Assembly (NCBI GenBank): GCA_007129255.1
Contig: SKVW01000018.1
Coordinates: forward strand, 261 to 64,260
From: Bacteroidales bacterium
GTDB lineage: Bacteria > Bacteroidota > Bacteroidia > Bacteroidales > UBA7960
Length of the DNA stretch: 64,000 nt
Direction of reading: 5' to 3'
Below the pieces are notes generated by a model. It was not told the DNA's origin. It did no database searches and saw only the letters and a program-made list of their open reading frames with translations. Positions 27,981-37,335 of the stretch are shown here, piece after piece. The position numbers and the translations under genes were made by a program. How positions within the stretch are numbered: the first letter of the stretch is position 1; each line of letters begins with the position of its first letter.

Positions 27981-28719
27981 TTTTTTCAAGATCTTCCGGG
28001 GTATCCACAGAAATGCTTTGCTCAGAAGTTACGGCAGTGAATATGCGGAAATGGGCATGCAGCCAGCGCAGTTGCTCCAGGGATTCGGCGGCTTCGATAG
28101 GGCTGGGAGGCAAGGCGGTTATCTTTTTCAAGGTGCTCATTTTGTAACCGTACATGCCAATGTGTTGATAAAAATTTGTGGAACCGGGCCATTGTTTTTC
28201 CGGCTTATTTCGAACAAAGGGGATGGGCGAACGGCTAAAATAAAGTGCTTTATGGTCTTTTCCGGTCACAACTTTTACCACATTGGGATTGAATAACTCT
28301 TCGGATTCCTGGATTTTTTTTATAAGGGTGGCAATATTACATTCCGGATTATCAAAAATACCCGCCAGCAGTTGAATTTGTGCCGGGGAAATGAAGGGTT
28401 CATCTCCCTGAATATTGATTATCACGTCATGGTCAAAAATTTTTTCTTCACGGGTTTTATTCCATATCTCTGCAGCTTCAAGGCAGCGTTCGGTACCTGA
28501 TTGATGGTGTTTTGCGGTCATGACCACTTTCCCGAATGATTGTACATGCCTGAAAATACGATCGTCATCGGTGGCAACAATTACCTCAGCCAGCACTTCA
28601 CTTTTTGAAGCCTGCTCAACCACCCGCCGGATCATGCTTTTGCCTTTGATATCTGCCAGGGGCTTTCCCGGGAAACGGGCAGATGCGTAGCGAGCCGGAA
28701 TGATCCCGATAAATTTCAT
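27961..28719 (-). CDS. kdsB: 3-deoxy-manno-octulosonate cytidylyltransferase (CMP-KDO synthetase)
   Basis: Motif MKFIGIIPARYASARFPGKPL, then IQGDEP. The ATG at 28719 is preferred; the 28755 start overlaps the upstream kinase gene. Confidence 0.93.
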   Translation of the reverse strand: MKFIGIIPARYASARFPGKPLADIKGKSMIRRVVEQASKSEVLAEVIVATDDDRIFRHVQSFGKVVMTAKHHQSGTERCLEAAEIWNKTREEKIFDHDVIINIQGDEPFISPAQIQLLAGIFDNPECNIATLIKKIQESEELFNPNVVKVVTGKDHKALYFSRSPIPFVRNKPEKQWPGSTNFYQHIGMYGYKMSTLKKITALPPSPIEAAESLEQLRWLHAHFRIFTAVTSEQSISVDTPEDLEKIPDHLI

Positions 28720-28729
28720 GGTAAGTGGG

Positions 28730-29344
28730 TTAAAATAAACCGTGGATCTCAGCATCGATTTTTTGGATCACATGCCCCAGATCTTCCTGGTTCTCACTGA
28801 ATTTGATGTGGTCCACATTTACTACAAGCAGTTTGCCCAGTTCATAGCCATTGATCCATTCTTCATAACGTTCATTCAGTCTTTTCAGATAATCCAGCCG
28901 GATGGAGTTTTCATACTCACGGCCTCTTTTCTGGATCTGGCTTACCAGGGTTGGTACACTGGCTTTGAGGTAAATGAGCAGATCGGGGGGCTGTATGAAA
29001 GAACTCATGAGCTCAAAAAGGCTGGAATAATTATTGAAATCCCTGGAAGACATCAACCCCATGGCATGCAGGTTGGGGGCAAAAATGTAGGCGTCTTCAT
29101 AAATGGTCCGGTCCTGTATAACAGTTTTTTCTCCTTTTCTGATATCCACGATCTGACGAAACCTGCTGTTGAGAAAATAGATCTGCAGGTTAAAAGACCA
29201 GCGTTGCATGTCTTCATAAAAGTTGTTGAGATAGGGATTAGTTTCCACATCTTCGTAATGGGCCTCCCATCCATAATGTTTGGAAAGCAAACCCGCAAGG
29301 GTGGTTTTTCCTGATCCGATATTTCCGGCAATGGCAATATGCAT
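28730..29344 (-). CDS. Deoxynucleoside kinase
   Basis: The P-loop IAIAGNIGSGKTT and the dNK-family pattern (NPYL..FY.D..RW.F.LQ.YFL.SRF, DRTIYED). Confidence 0.88.
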   Translation of the reverse strand: MHIAIAGNIGSGKTTLAGLLSKHYGWEAHYEDVETNPYLNNFYEDMQRWSFNLQIYFLNSRFRQIVDIRKGEKTVIQDRTIYEDAYIFAPNLHAMGLMSSRDFNNYSSLFELMSSFIQPPDLLIYLKASVPTLVSQIQKRGREYENSIRLDYLKRLNERYEEWINGYELGKLLVVNVDHIKFSENQEDLGHVIQKIDAEIHGLF

Positions 29345-29378
29345 AGAATGTTGTTTTTGTGGTGAATATTATTTCCTG

Positions 29379-30197
29379 TCAGGGCAAAAGCTTTTGATCC
29401 ATCTCATAGATATGAATGCCTTCGGGGTTAAGCAAGATCAATTGTTTGCCTTGCACCCAGGCAGATATAACACGGGTTTGGGGTAACAAAAATACATTTT
29501 CCTCTTCAAGGAGAAAATCAAATATCTTTAATTTGTCATTTTTAAGATAAACCAGGGCATTACCGAAAACCTGGAAACGGCTTATGCCGGGAATATTTAT
29601 GAGGAAAAGGTAATCTGCAAATTTGTCGAAAACGGCTACGCCGCTAAAGAAATCGGACAGGTAAACCCTGTTTCGGCTTTCGGTCATAAAAACCGGTTGG
29701 TCAAATTCAGGCAATAGTTGGTGAATAACCGGGCTTCGGGCCATGACATTAAAGCGGTAATCATATCGTTTTAACCTGCTGCTTAAGGGGAAATATGCCC
29801 AAAACCATTCCTGTCTGGAACCACATAATACGGATGGATTTTCAAAAGCGAAAACATCCTGCGAGGAGCGGCCCGGATCTTTTTCATTAAGGTGATTGTC
29901 AAGCAATATCAGTTTTCCAAAATCCCGGAAGTAAACGATAATATTCAGGGGGTCAGACACATCCACACTGGAAATAGCTCCAAAACGCCGATTGGTATAC
30001 CGGGAGGTGGTTTTGGTATTGGGGTTATATTTGGTGAGGCTTCCCTGGTTTACCCAATAAATATTGCCCAGGGCATCCGCCATTACCATGCTTGCTTCTT
30101 CCCGGATGGTTTCCTGAAGCCTGGTTTGTGCCGTCAGGTGATGTAGGGGAAACAAAAAAACACAAAACAAGAACCCGGTAATTACCTTGTAATACAC
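29379..30197 (-). CDS. Hypothetical secreted protein
   Basis: A GTG start followed by a signal peptide (YYKVITGFLFCVFLFPLHHLTAQ). No family was recognised. It is co-directional with and 9 nt downstream of the GH3 gene. Confidence 0.55.
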   Translation of the reverse strand: MYYKVITGFLFCVFLFPLHHLTAQTRLQETIREEASMVMADALGNIYWVNQGSLTKYNPNTKTTSRYTNRRFGAISSVDVSDPLNIIVYFRDFGKLILLDNHLNEKDPGRSSQDVFAFENPSVLCGSRQEWFWAYFPLSSRLKRYDYRFNVMARSPVIHQLLPEFDQPVFMTESRNRVYLSDFFSGVAVFDKFADYLFLINIPGISRFQVFGNALVYLKNDKLKIFDFLLEEENVFLLPQTRVISAWVQGKQLILLNPEGIHIYEMDQKLLP

Positions 30198-30205
30198 TCG
30201 GATAT

Positions 30206-31726
30206 TTATTGATTGATAAAGCTTAAAATTTCATCCACATATTTTCTGCCGTTGTAAAGCCTTGGTACTTTATTCTGCCCGCCTATTTTCCCTTTTGACT
30301 TCAGCCATTTGTAGAAGGTTTTTTTGGGCACGCTGGTCACTTTTGGTTGTTTAAGCATCAGGTCGGCAGTCCGTTTTGCTTCATAGTCTGAATTAAGAGA
30401 TTTCAGCTCCTGATCAAGTATTTCGGTAAACTTGTCCAGGTTATCCGGCTCTGCTTCAAACTCAATAAGGTATTCGTGGGCTGCTGCTTCGTTGTCGTTG
30501 AGGTAAATGGGTGCAGCGGTATATTCACTGATAACAGCCTTGGTAGCATTGCAGGCTGCATCCAGGGCCTTTTCGGCATTGTCTATAACCACTTCTTCTC
30601 CAAAGGCGTTAATGAAATTTTTGGTGCGTCCCGAAATGGCAATCCGGTATGGGGAAAGGTTGGTAAACCGAATGGTATCACCAATCATGTACCTCCACAA
30701 GCCCCCATTGGTGGTGATCACCATGGCATAATTTACATCTTTTTCTACATTTTCAAGCTGGACAATACGCGGGTTGGATTCTTCCAGATCATCCATGGGA
30801 ATAAATTCATAAAAAATCCCGTAATCAAGCATCAGCAGCATTTCAGAAGATCCAAGAATATCCTGGATGCCAAAAAAGCCTTCGGAGGCATTATAGGTTT
30901 CCATGTAATTCATCTTATCGGAAGGAATGATTTTTTCGAATTGCTCCCGGTAAGGAACAAAACTTACACCCCCATGGATAAAAAGCTCAAGGTTCGGCCA
31001 TACTTCCAGAATGTTGGAGCGGCCGGTGATCTCCAGAATCTTTTTTAACAATAAAAGGTTCCAGGAGGGCACCCCGCTAAGATTGGTTACATTTTCCCTA
31101 TAGGTGGCATGAGCAATCTTGTCCAGCTTCAATTCCCAGTCGTCCATCAGGGCAAGCTCCAGGTCGGGAGTGCGTAAAAACTCTCCCCATAAAGGGAAGT
31201 TTTGCAGCAAAACAGCCGACAGGTCCCCGAAATAGGTTTTGTTGCTGAATTCACTGACTTTATGGCTTCCACCAATAACCAAACCTTTCCCATCGAAGAT
31301 CATGCTTTCAGGGTGGTTGTGGCAATAAATGGACAGCACATCCTTGCCGGCTTTGTAATGACAATCTTCAAGCGACTCGCTGCTCAGGGGGATAAACTTG
31401 CTCCTTTCGCTGGTGGTGCCCGAGGATTTGGCAAACCATTTCACTTCGCTTGGCCAGATAAGGTTGGATTCTCCTTTAAGCATGCGATCAATAAAAGGCT
31501 TTACATCCTCATAATCCTGCAAAGGAACCTGTTTTGCAAAATCCGCGTAAGTTTTTATTCCTTCAAAGTCGTATTTTTTCCCAAATTCGGTTTTGGATGA
31601 GGAAGAAACCAGTTTCATCAACAATTCATTTTGTACCTCAATGGGATTTTCCTTAAAATGCTCAATCTGGCCGATACGGTTTTTAAAAAACCAGGACACC
31701 ACGGTATTTATAAAAGACATGGACAA
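30206..31726 (-). CDS. GH3-family (acyl-adenylate-forming, auxin-responsive-promoter-like) protein
   Basis: About 500 aa with the GH3-type AMP motif FAKSSGTTSERSKFIP and a conserved overall pattern. Confidence 0.82.
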   Translation of the reverse strand: MSMSFINTVVSWFFKNRIGQIEHFKENPIEVQNELLMKLVSSSSKTEFGKKYDFEGIKTYADFAKQVPLQDYEDVKPFIDRMLKGESNLIWPSEVKWFAKSSGTTSERSKFIPLSSESLEDCHYKAGKDVLSIYCHNHPESMIFDGKGLVIGGSHKVSEFSNKTYFGDLSAVLLQNFPLWGEFLRTPDLELALMDDWELKLDKIAHATYRENVTNLSGVPSWNLLLLKKILEITGRSNILEVWPNLELFIHGGVSFVPYREQFEKIIPSDKMNYMETYNASEGFFGIQDILGSSEMLLMLDYGIFYEFIPMDDLEESNPRIVQLENVEKDVNYAMVITTNGGLWRYMIGDTIRFTNLSPYRIAISGRTKNFINAFGEEVVIDNAEKALDAACNATKAVISEYTAAPIYLNDNEAAAHEYLIEFEAEPDNLDKFTEILDQELKSLNSDYEAKRTADLMLKQPKVTSVPKKTFYKWLKSKGKIGGQNKVPRLYNGRKYVDEILSFINQ

Positions 31727-31906
31727 GTTTTTTCGGTATGGTTAAATTCTCCCACAAAAATAATTATTATCCTTCCAATTTGACAGGGCTTGCTCAATTT
31801 TTATTCCAAAATGGGATGAAGGTTTGTTATTCTGCAACCTTTTGTAAAAGTTATTTTTTTACTTTTGAGATCAGGGGCTTTATTTATTTTGCTAAAACTT
31901 CAGAAT

Positions 31907-32782
31907 ATGGACTATTTAAAAACCTTCCGATACGATCCCGGCAAAGTTTTACCTGATTACGACACCGGCTTTACAGGAAATTATTCTTCAAAATCAGACA
32001 TTACAAAAGATTTTGAAACCGGAATAAAGCGTTTGAGGGAGCTACAAAGCATGCTATACGCGCAGGGCAAACACGGGGTGTTGATCATATTGCAGGCCAT
32101 GGACGCTGCCGGAAAAGACGGGGTTATCAAGCATGTGATGGCCGGGGTAAATCCCCAGGGATGCCAGGTAAAGAGCTTTAAAGCTCCCTCCGGGGAGGAG
32201 CTGGCCCATGACTTTATGTGGAGATGCGTCAAGGCCCTTCCTCAGAGAGGCAATATCGGCATTTTTAACCGGTCTTATTATGAAGAAGTGTTGATTGTAA
32301 AAGTTCATCCTGAAATTCTGAAAAAGCAAAATTTACCCTATTTTGATCAGCATCAAAAAGCAGGGAATGATTTTTGGACAGACCGTTATGATGATATAAA
32401 TAATTTTGAAAAATACTTAACAAACAACGGTTTCAGAATAATAAAATTTTTCCTTAATGTTTCAAGGCAAGAGCAGAAAAAACGCTTTCTCTCCAGAATT
32501 GACAAATCTTCTAAAAACTGGAAGTTTACCATGAGTGATGTTAATGAAAGGCAGCATTGGGATAAATATGCAGCGGCTTATGAACAAATGCTTCATCAAA
32601 CGGATGCAGATCATGCCCCCTGGTATGTTATTCCTGCTGACAAAAAATGGTATATGCGCAACGCTGTTTGCCAGGTTTTGGTAGAACACCTTGAGCAGCT
32701 CCAATTGACCTACCCCGAAGTAGGGCAGGCCCACCTTGAAGCTATAGGCAGGGCCCGGCTTCTGCTCGAAGATGAAGGATAA
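31907..32782 (+). CDS. Polyphosphate kinase 2 family (polyphosphate:nucleotide phosphotransferase)
   Basis: A Walker-A-like motif (ILQAMDAAGKDG) and FNRSYYEEVL. The ATG at 31907 is preferred over the TTG at 31865. Confidence 0.9.
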   Translation: MDYLKTFRYDPGKVLPDYDTGFTGNYSSKSDITKDFETGIKRLRELQSMLYAQGKHGVLIILQAMDAAGKDGVIKHVMAGVNPQGCQVKSFKAPSGEELAHDFMWRCVKALPQRGNIGIFNRSYYEEVLIVKVHPEILKKQNLPYFDQHQKAGNDFWTDRYDDINNFEKYLTNNGFRIIKFFLNVSRQEQKKRFLSRIDKSSKNWKFTMSDVNERQHWDKYAAAYEQMLHQTDADHAPWYVIPADKKWYMRNAVCQVLVEHLEQLQLTYPEVGQAHLEAIGRARLLLEDEG

Positions 32783-34355
32783 TCATACTAATTTAAATAA
32801 AGAACCCGTTTTTAATAAAAAAAATATCTTGAATTTAATCAGAACCATTACAGGATTTGAAATACACTCCCGCAAACAACGCTGGAAGCTTTTTTTGCTT
32901 GGGTTTGCTGCCCTTATTGTAGGGGCATCGCTATACTATACCGATATTCTGGTAAAAAAGATTGCCGATGATGAGCGTCAGAAGGTATGGGTTTGGGCCG
33001 ATGCCATTCAAAACAGGGCCGCCCTGGTAAAAGTGACCAATGAACTGTTTGAAGAAATAAAAAATGAGGAGCGCAAGCGGGTTGAACTGGTGGCCGAATC
33101 ACTTGAAAGGCTTATAGAAGAAGATCTTTCCGTGGATCTGACCTTTTATATGGATATTATAGAAAGCAATACCACCATCCCCCTTGTTCATATTGAGGAA
33201 GATGGAACCATTGTGAGCACGCAAAACCTGGATGAAAGGTTTGCGGAGGGCGATGTTTTTGAGGGAGAACTCAGGGAGGCTTTTGATGTATACCCCCCGA
33301 TATCCCTGACTTTTGAGGGGATCACACAATACATCTACTACCAGGATTCCCGTCTTTTTGCCGAATTGCGCGAGATGCTGGACAACCTGATCGAATCTTT
33401 CTTTTCAGAAACGGTTATCAATGCGGCCAATGTTCCGGTATTTGTAACCGACAGTGCCCATAGCCGGATAATTGCACACGGAAATGTTGAAATTGAGGAT
33501 AGTGAGGATCCAAAGCAGGTTGAACAGCTAATGCGCACCATTGGTGACAGGAATCCGCCAATCACCATTGAACTTCCCACATACGGCGAGTGTCATGTAT
33601 ATTACACCAATTCATTTTTGCTGACCCAGTTAAAATATTACCCGGTTTTCCAGTTTGTGATCATCGGGGTGTTTTTGATCGTGGCTTATATACTGTTCAG
33701 CATGGCCAGGAATGCAGAGCAAAACCAGGTATGGGTGGGTATGTCAAAAGAAACCGCACACCAACTGGGTACCCCGCTTTCTTCCTTGCTGGCCTGGGTA
33801 GAATTGCTTAAAGCAAAAGGGGTGGATGAAAAAACCATGAATGAGATGTCGAAGGATGTCAAACGGCTGGAAAACATTACAGAGCGTTTTTCAAAAATTG
33901 GTTCGCCTCCAAAATTGATCCCGGCGGATGTGGTCCATGAGATCAATGAATCGGTTAATTATATGAAAAACAGGACTTCCCGTAAGGTGAAGTTTAATTT
34001 TGAATCTTCAGCAAAAGAAGTGTTTGCGCCCCTTAATCCAAACTTGTTTGGCTGGGTGGTGGAGAATATCATTAAAAATGCCATTGATGCCATGGAGGGT
34101 GCCGGTGAGATTAACCTAGAGGTGATCAATCAACCGAAAAATGTAATCATTGATATAACCGATCAGGGCAAAGGCATACCTTCTTCCCGGTTTAAAAGCA
34201 TTTTTAACCCCGGTTTTACAAGCAAAAAACGAGGATGGGGGCTTGGCCTTTCCCTGAGCAAGCGCATTATTGAAAACTACCACAAAGGCAAACTGTTTGT
34301 AAAAAATTCTGAATTAAATAAAGGAACCACTTTCCGCATTGTCTTAAAAAAATAA
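32772..34355 (+). CDS. Membrane sensor histidine kinase (no adjacent response regulator)
   Basis: Two TM helices flank a ~250-aa extracytoplasmic domain. It has an H-box (ETAHQLGTPLSSL), an N box (NAIDAM), and G boxes (DQGKGI, GWGLGLS). Its ATG lies 11 nt before the PPK2 stop. Confidence 0.88.
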   Translation: MKDNHTNLNKEPVFNKKNILNLIRTITGFEIHSRKQRWKLFLLGFAALIVGASLYYTDILVKKIADDERQKVWVWADAIQNRAALVKVTNELFEEIKNEERKRVELVAESLERLIEEDLSVDLTFYMDIIESNTTIPLVHIEEDGTIVSTQNLDERFAEGDVFEGELREAFDVYPPISLTFEGITQYIYYQDSRLFAELREMLDNLIESFFSETVINAANVPVFVTDSAHSRIIAHGNVEIEDSEDPKQVEQLMRTIGDRNPPITIELPTYGECHVYYTNSFLLTQLKYYPVFQFVIIGVFLIVAYILFSMARNAEQNQVWVGMSKETAHQLGTPLSSLLAWVELLKAKGVDEKTMNEMSKDVKRLENITERFSKIGSPPKLIPADVVHEINESVNYMKNRTSRKVKFNFESSAKEVFAPLNPNLFGWVVENIIKNAIDAMEGAGEINLEVINQPKNVIIDITDQGKGIPSSRFKSIFNPGFTSKKRGWGLGLSLSKRIIENYHKGKLFVKNSELNKGTTFRIVLKK

Positions 34356-34475
34356 TTCTGATCCTTTTTTGTCTTTCGTTTGTATAAAAAAAAGGAGATA
34401 TTTGTCTGTTGGTTTTCGCCGGAAGGGGATAATGTTCCGGAAATGGCCTGCTGTTTTTTTTAAGAACCCAAAAAC

Positions 34476-35189
34476 ATGATGAAAAGATTTGTTCCTGTTT
34501 TTCTGCTCTTGTTAACAGTATTGCTTGGCTCAGCCATGCGAAATCTTAGTGTGGAACGGATCATGTTTTCCATGAAGTCCCAGAGCCTGCACAGAGGGCA
34601 GGTGGCAGAAGTGGAAGCCGATCTTTTTTTCCAGGCATGGGATGGCAGGCTGGTTACGAAATACACCCGCCCTGTTCAGGAGGTGATGATTACCAATAAT
34701 AAGGGCGAACTCGCCATATACAACCAGCAGGACAATACGCTTTACCGTAGTCAAAGCCTGGAATACAGCTCCGAAAATAACCTGATTTATTTTTTCCTGG
34801 CCGGCATGACCCAGGACCTTGGTTTGCGACAGATGGGTTTTGAATTGATGGAAATCCGGTTTGAAGACGGGCTGATGATCACCGAATGGTTTCCTCCGCC
34901 ATCATTATACCATCTTTTTAGCCGGATTGAGCTGGTTCATGAAGATTACCTTCCCATATATGCAGGGTATTATGATGCCGGCCAAAAACTGGTAAAAAAG
35001 GTTTATTATACCAATTATGAGGAGTTTCCTGAAATTGTGCTTCCCATGAATATTACTGAGTTTAATTATACGGGAGGGGGCGACTCCATTGTTAACAGGG
35101 TTGAGTTTTCCGATGTCCGGATCAATCAAAGGGCAAACAGCCCATGGTTTAATTTTGAAATTCCTGAAGATGCTGAAATTATTGATTAA
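34476..35189 (+). CDS. Hypothetical secreted protein, possibly a LolA-like fold
   Basis: A signal peptide (MMKRFVPVFLLLLTVLLGSA). The segment ITNNKGELAIYNQQDNTLY and the general beta-rich pattern resemble LolA-like lipoprotein carriers. This is a weak, by-eye call. Confidence 0.5.
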   Translation: MMKRFVPVFLLLLTVLLGSAMRNLSVERIMFSMKSQSLHRGQVAEVEADLFFQAWDGRLVTKYTRPVQEVMITNNKGELAIYNQQDNTLYRSQSLEYSSENNLIYFFLAGMTQDLGLRQMGFELMEIRFEDGLMITEWFPPPSLYHLFSRIELVHEDYLPIYAGYYDAGQKLVKKVYYTNYEEFPEIVLPMNITEFNYTGGGDSIVNRVEFSDVRINQRANSPWFNFEIPEDAEIID

Positions 35190-35637
35190 GAGTTTGGCGG
35201 TATCTCTTTTGCTGGGGTTTTACCTGGCCACAGGAGCTTTTGCACAGGAACCAAAGGACGACCTGGAAATTCTGCAAGGAAGCATTTGCAGTGGCTGTGA
35301 CCATTCGCATCATCAGGTGACCTTTTTACAGCCCCGAAGCGAAAGCTGGGTAGCCCGTTATAACCCGGTTTCCCTGACCTTTTCTGGTCTGATGTATGTT
35401 TACCAGCGTTTTATTTCTCCCCAGCTGCCTTCCGAGTGCCTATATGAAACTTCCTGCTCGCATTTCAGCAAAGACCTGATTTCGGAATACGGCCTGTTAA
35501 AAGGAGTGTTTACCACCGCAGACCGCCTGATGCGGTGTAACCGTGTGGCCGCCATTGACGTACATCCCCTGCTGATTGATGAGCAAACCGGCAAAATAAA
35601 AGAACCTGTCGAAATTTATAAATTCCCCCGGGAATGA
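35170..35637 (+). CDS. YidD-domain (PF01809-like) protein with N-terminal signal peptide and Cys/His cluster
   Basis: A signal peptide (MLKLLIKSLAVSLLLGFYLATGAFA), then CSGCDHSHH, then a YidD-like core (YQRFISPQLPSECLYETSCSHF...GLLKG...RLMRCN). Its start overlaps the preceding stop by 20 nt. Confidence 0.62.
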   Translation: MLKLLIKSLAVSLLLGFYLATGAFAQEPKDDLEILQGSICSGCDHSHHQVTFLQPRSESWVARYNPVSLTFSGLMYVYQRFISPQLPSECLYETSCSHFSKDLISEYGLLKGVFTTADRLMRCNRVAAIDVHPLLIDEQTGKIKEPVEIYKFPRE

Positions 35638-36497
35638 GGCTTTTCAGTATCCTGATCCTGTTCTGTTTCTTTGGTTTGATTTCAACGGATTTAAATGCCG
35701 GTGATAAGACAAAAGAACTGGACTTTGCGCGCCATCTGATTAACCGTAATGAATTGAATGAAGCCCTTTTTGTGCTTGAAACCATAGAGCCGCAATCCCT
35801 TTCTATGCAGGATTCGGTTTTTCATCTGAGCGGATGGGTCTTATACCGGCAGATGAAACTAAAGCCTTCCGCCAACCTCTTGTTAAAAGTTTCTGAAAAC
35901 AGCCCTTTTTACCTTAAGTCCCGGTTTTTTAGTGCATATAATTTTTCGCATATCAACCAGGCCCAAAAGGCAGAAGAAATCCTTTACGGGCTAAAGCTGG
36001 ATGCCAAAACCATGCACGGGAGCATGCAAAATTTTCAGTTGAGCGGCCTGGCATTGCTCAACAGGGATTTTGACGGATTTGAAAAGCGGGCCGAGAAATT
36101 TACCGGAAGCTTTCATGCCTTTGTCTCTGAGGAGAAGAACATGCATAGGCATTACCAGCGCCTTGCTAATGCCCCAAATCGATCTCCTTTTGTTGCGGGC
36201 CTGCTGTCAACAGCCATCCCCGGCCTGGGCAAAATATATGCCGGCAAAACAGCCGAAGGCGTGGTGGGCTTTCTTTATATTGCGGCCATGGGGCTCACGG
36301 CTTTCGATTTTTACAGGGGCTCGGGGCCCCAAAGTGCTTTGTTTATTTCTACGGCCTCCATTGCCGGAATTTTTTATATCGGGAACATATGGGGAAGTGT
36401 TACCACAGTGAACCGTCAAAACAGGGAATTCAACCATGAGATCAACCAGCGTATTTTGTTTGATATGCATATTCCTTTGCGCAACGCATTCAACTGA
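35634..36497 (+). CDS. Hypothetical protein: signal peptide, helical (TPR-like) domain, C-terminal membrane hairpin
   Basis: Its ATG overlaps the upstream TGA (ATGA). The C-terminal motif STAIPGLGKIYAGKTAEG is followed by two hydrophobic segments. The architecture matches the next gene. Confidence 0.55.
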   Translation: MRLFSILILFCFFGLISTDLNAGDKTKELDFARHLINRNELNEALFVLETIEPQSLSMQDSVFHLSGWVLYRQMKLKPSANLLLKVSENSPFYLKSRFFSAYNFSHINQAQKAEEILYGLKLDAKTMHGSMQNFQLSGLALLNRDFDGFEKRAEKFTGSFHAFVSEEKNMHRHYQRLANAPNRSPFVAGLLSTAIPGLGKIYAGKTAEGVVGFLYIAAMGLTAFDFYRGSGPQSALFISTASIAGIFYIGNIWGSVTTVNRQNREFNHEINQRILFDMHIPLRNAFN

Positions 36498-37332
36498 TGC
36501 GGCAAGCAAAAATGATACCTTGTTTCAAACTGCCGACAGCCTGTTTGAGGCCGGAGATTATTTTGTTGCCTCCATAGAATATGAACGAATTTATTATTTT
36601 TCAGAAGATCCCCGTTACCGCTTTCTTGCCAATTTGCACAAAGCCCGGGCTTTGAAACAAAAAGGGGAGTTTGCGCGTGCCCGCAATGACCTTCAGCGAT
36701 CCGTTACCGCAAGGGTGGAAGAGGAATTGCGGTTTCAGCTTTTTTATGAAATGGCATTTTGTGCCTATATGTCCGGAGACTTTTCGGATGCCCTTTCCCT
36801 GATCCGGCAAATCCATCACTATTTTGGCAATCACCCTGATATCGGGCAGATTTACCTCACCCAGGCTTTAACTTACCTGAGACTGGAAAGTTGGGACGAA
36901 CTCCGAAATCATGCCGGGCATTGGGTTGAAAACCATGAATATGCCAATGAAAAGGCAAAGGAATTGCTGAAAGCACTTTCCGCAAAAATTGAAACAGAAA
37001 ATATCCCTTCTCCCACTGAACCCAAAAAAGCCAGAATGTGGTCCACTTTCCTGCCTGGCTCCGGACATCTTTATGCCGGAGAGCCTGCATGGGGAGCGCT
37101 GAATGCCTTTTCGCAGGCATTCAGCCTGGGGATAGCCGGAGTCCTGATATGGAATGGGTTCTACATTGCTGCCGGAACCGGTGGTTTGGGCATGTTCCAG
37201 TCTTTTTATTTTGGTGGCATCCGGCAGGCAGGAGAACTGGCCGAAAGGAATTCCCGCAGCGAAATGGAACAATTTAAAAACAACGTCGCTCATTTGTTAT
37301 TCTCAATAGAAAACGCTTTAAAAGCCCGGTAA
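36436..37332 (+). CDS. Hypothetical protein with the same architecture as the preceding gene
   Basis: A signal peptide (MRSTSVFCLICIFLCATHS), a helical-repeat region, the motif STFLPGSGHLYAGEPAWG, and two hydrophobic segments. The only ATG start gives a 62-nt overlap with the preceding gene. Confidence 0.55.
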   Translation: MRSTSVFCLICIFLCATHSTDAASKNDTLFQTADSLFEAGDYFVASIEYERIYYFSEDPRYRFLANLHKARALKQKGEFARARNDLQRSVTARVEEELRFQLFYEMAFCAYMSGDFSDALSLIRQIHHYFGNHPDIGQIYLTQALTYLRLESWDELRNHAGHWVENHEYANEKAKELLKALSAKIETENIPSPTEPKKARMWSTFLPGSGHLYAGEPAWGALNAFSQAFSLGIAGVLIWNGFYIAAGTGGLGMFQSFYFGGIRQAGELAERNSRSEMEQFKNNVAHLLFSIENALKAR

Positions 37333-37335
37333 GCC

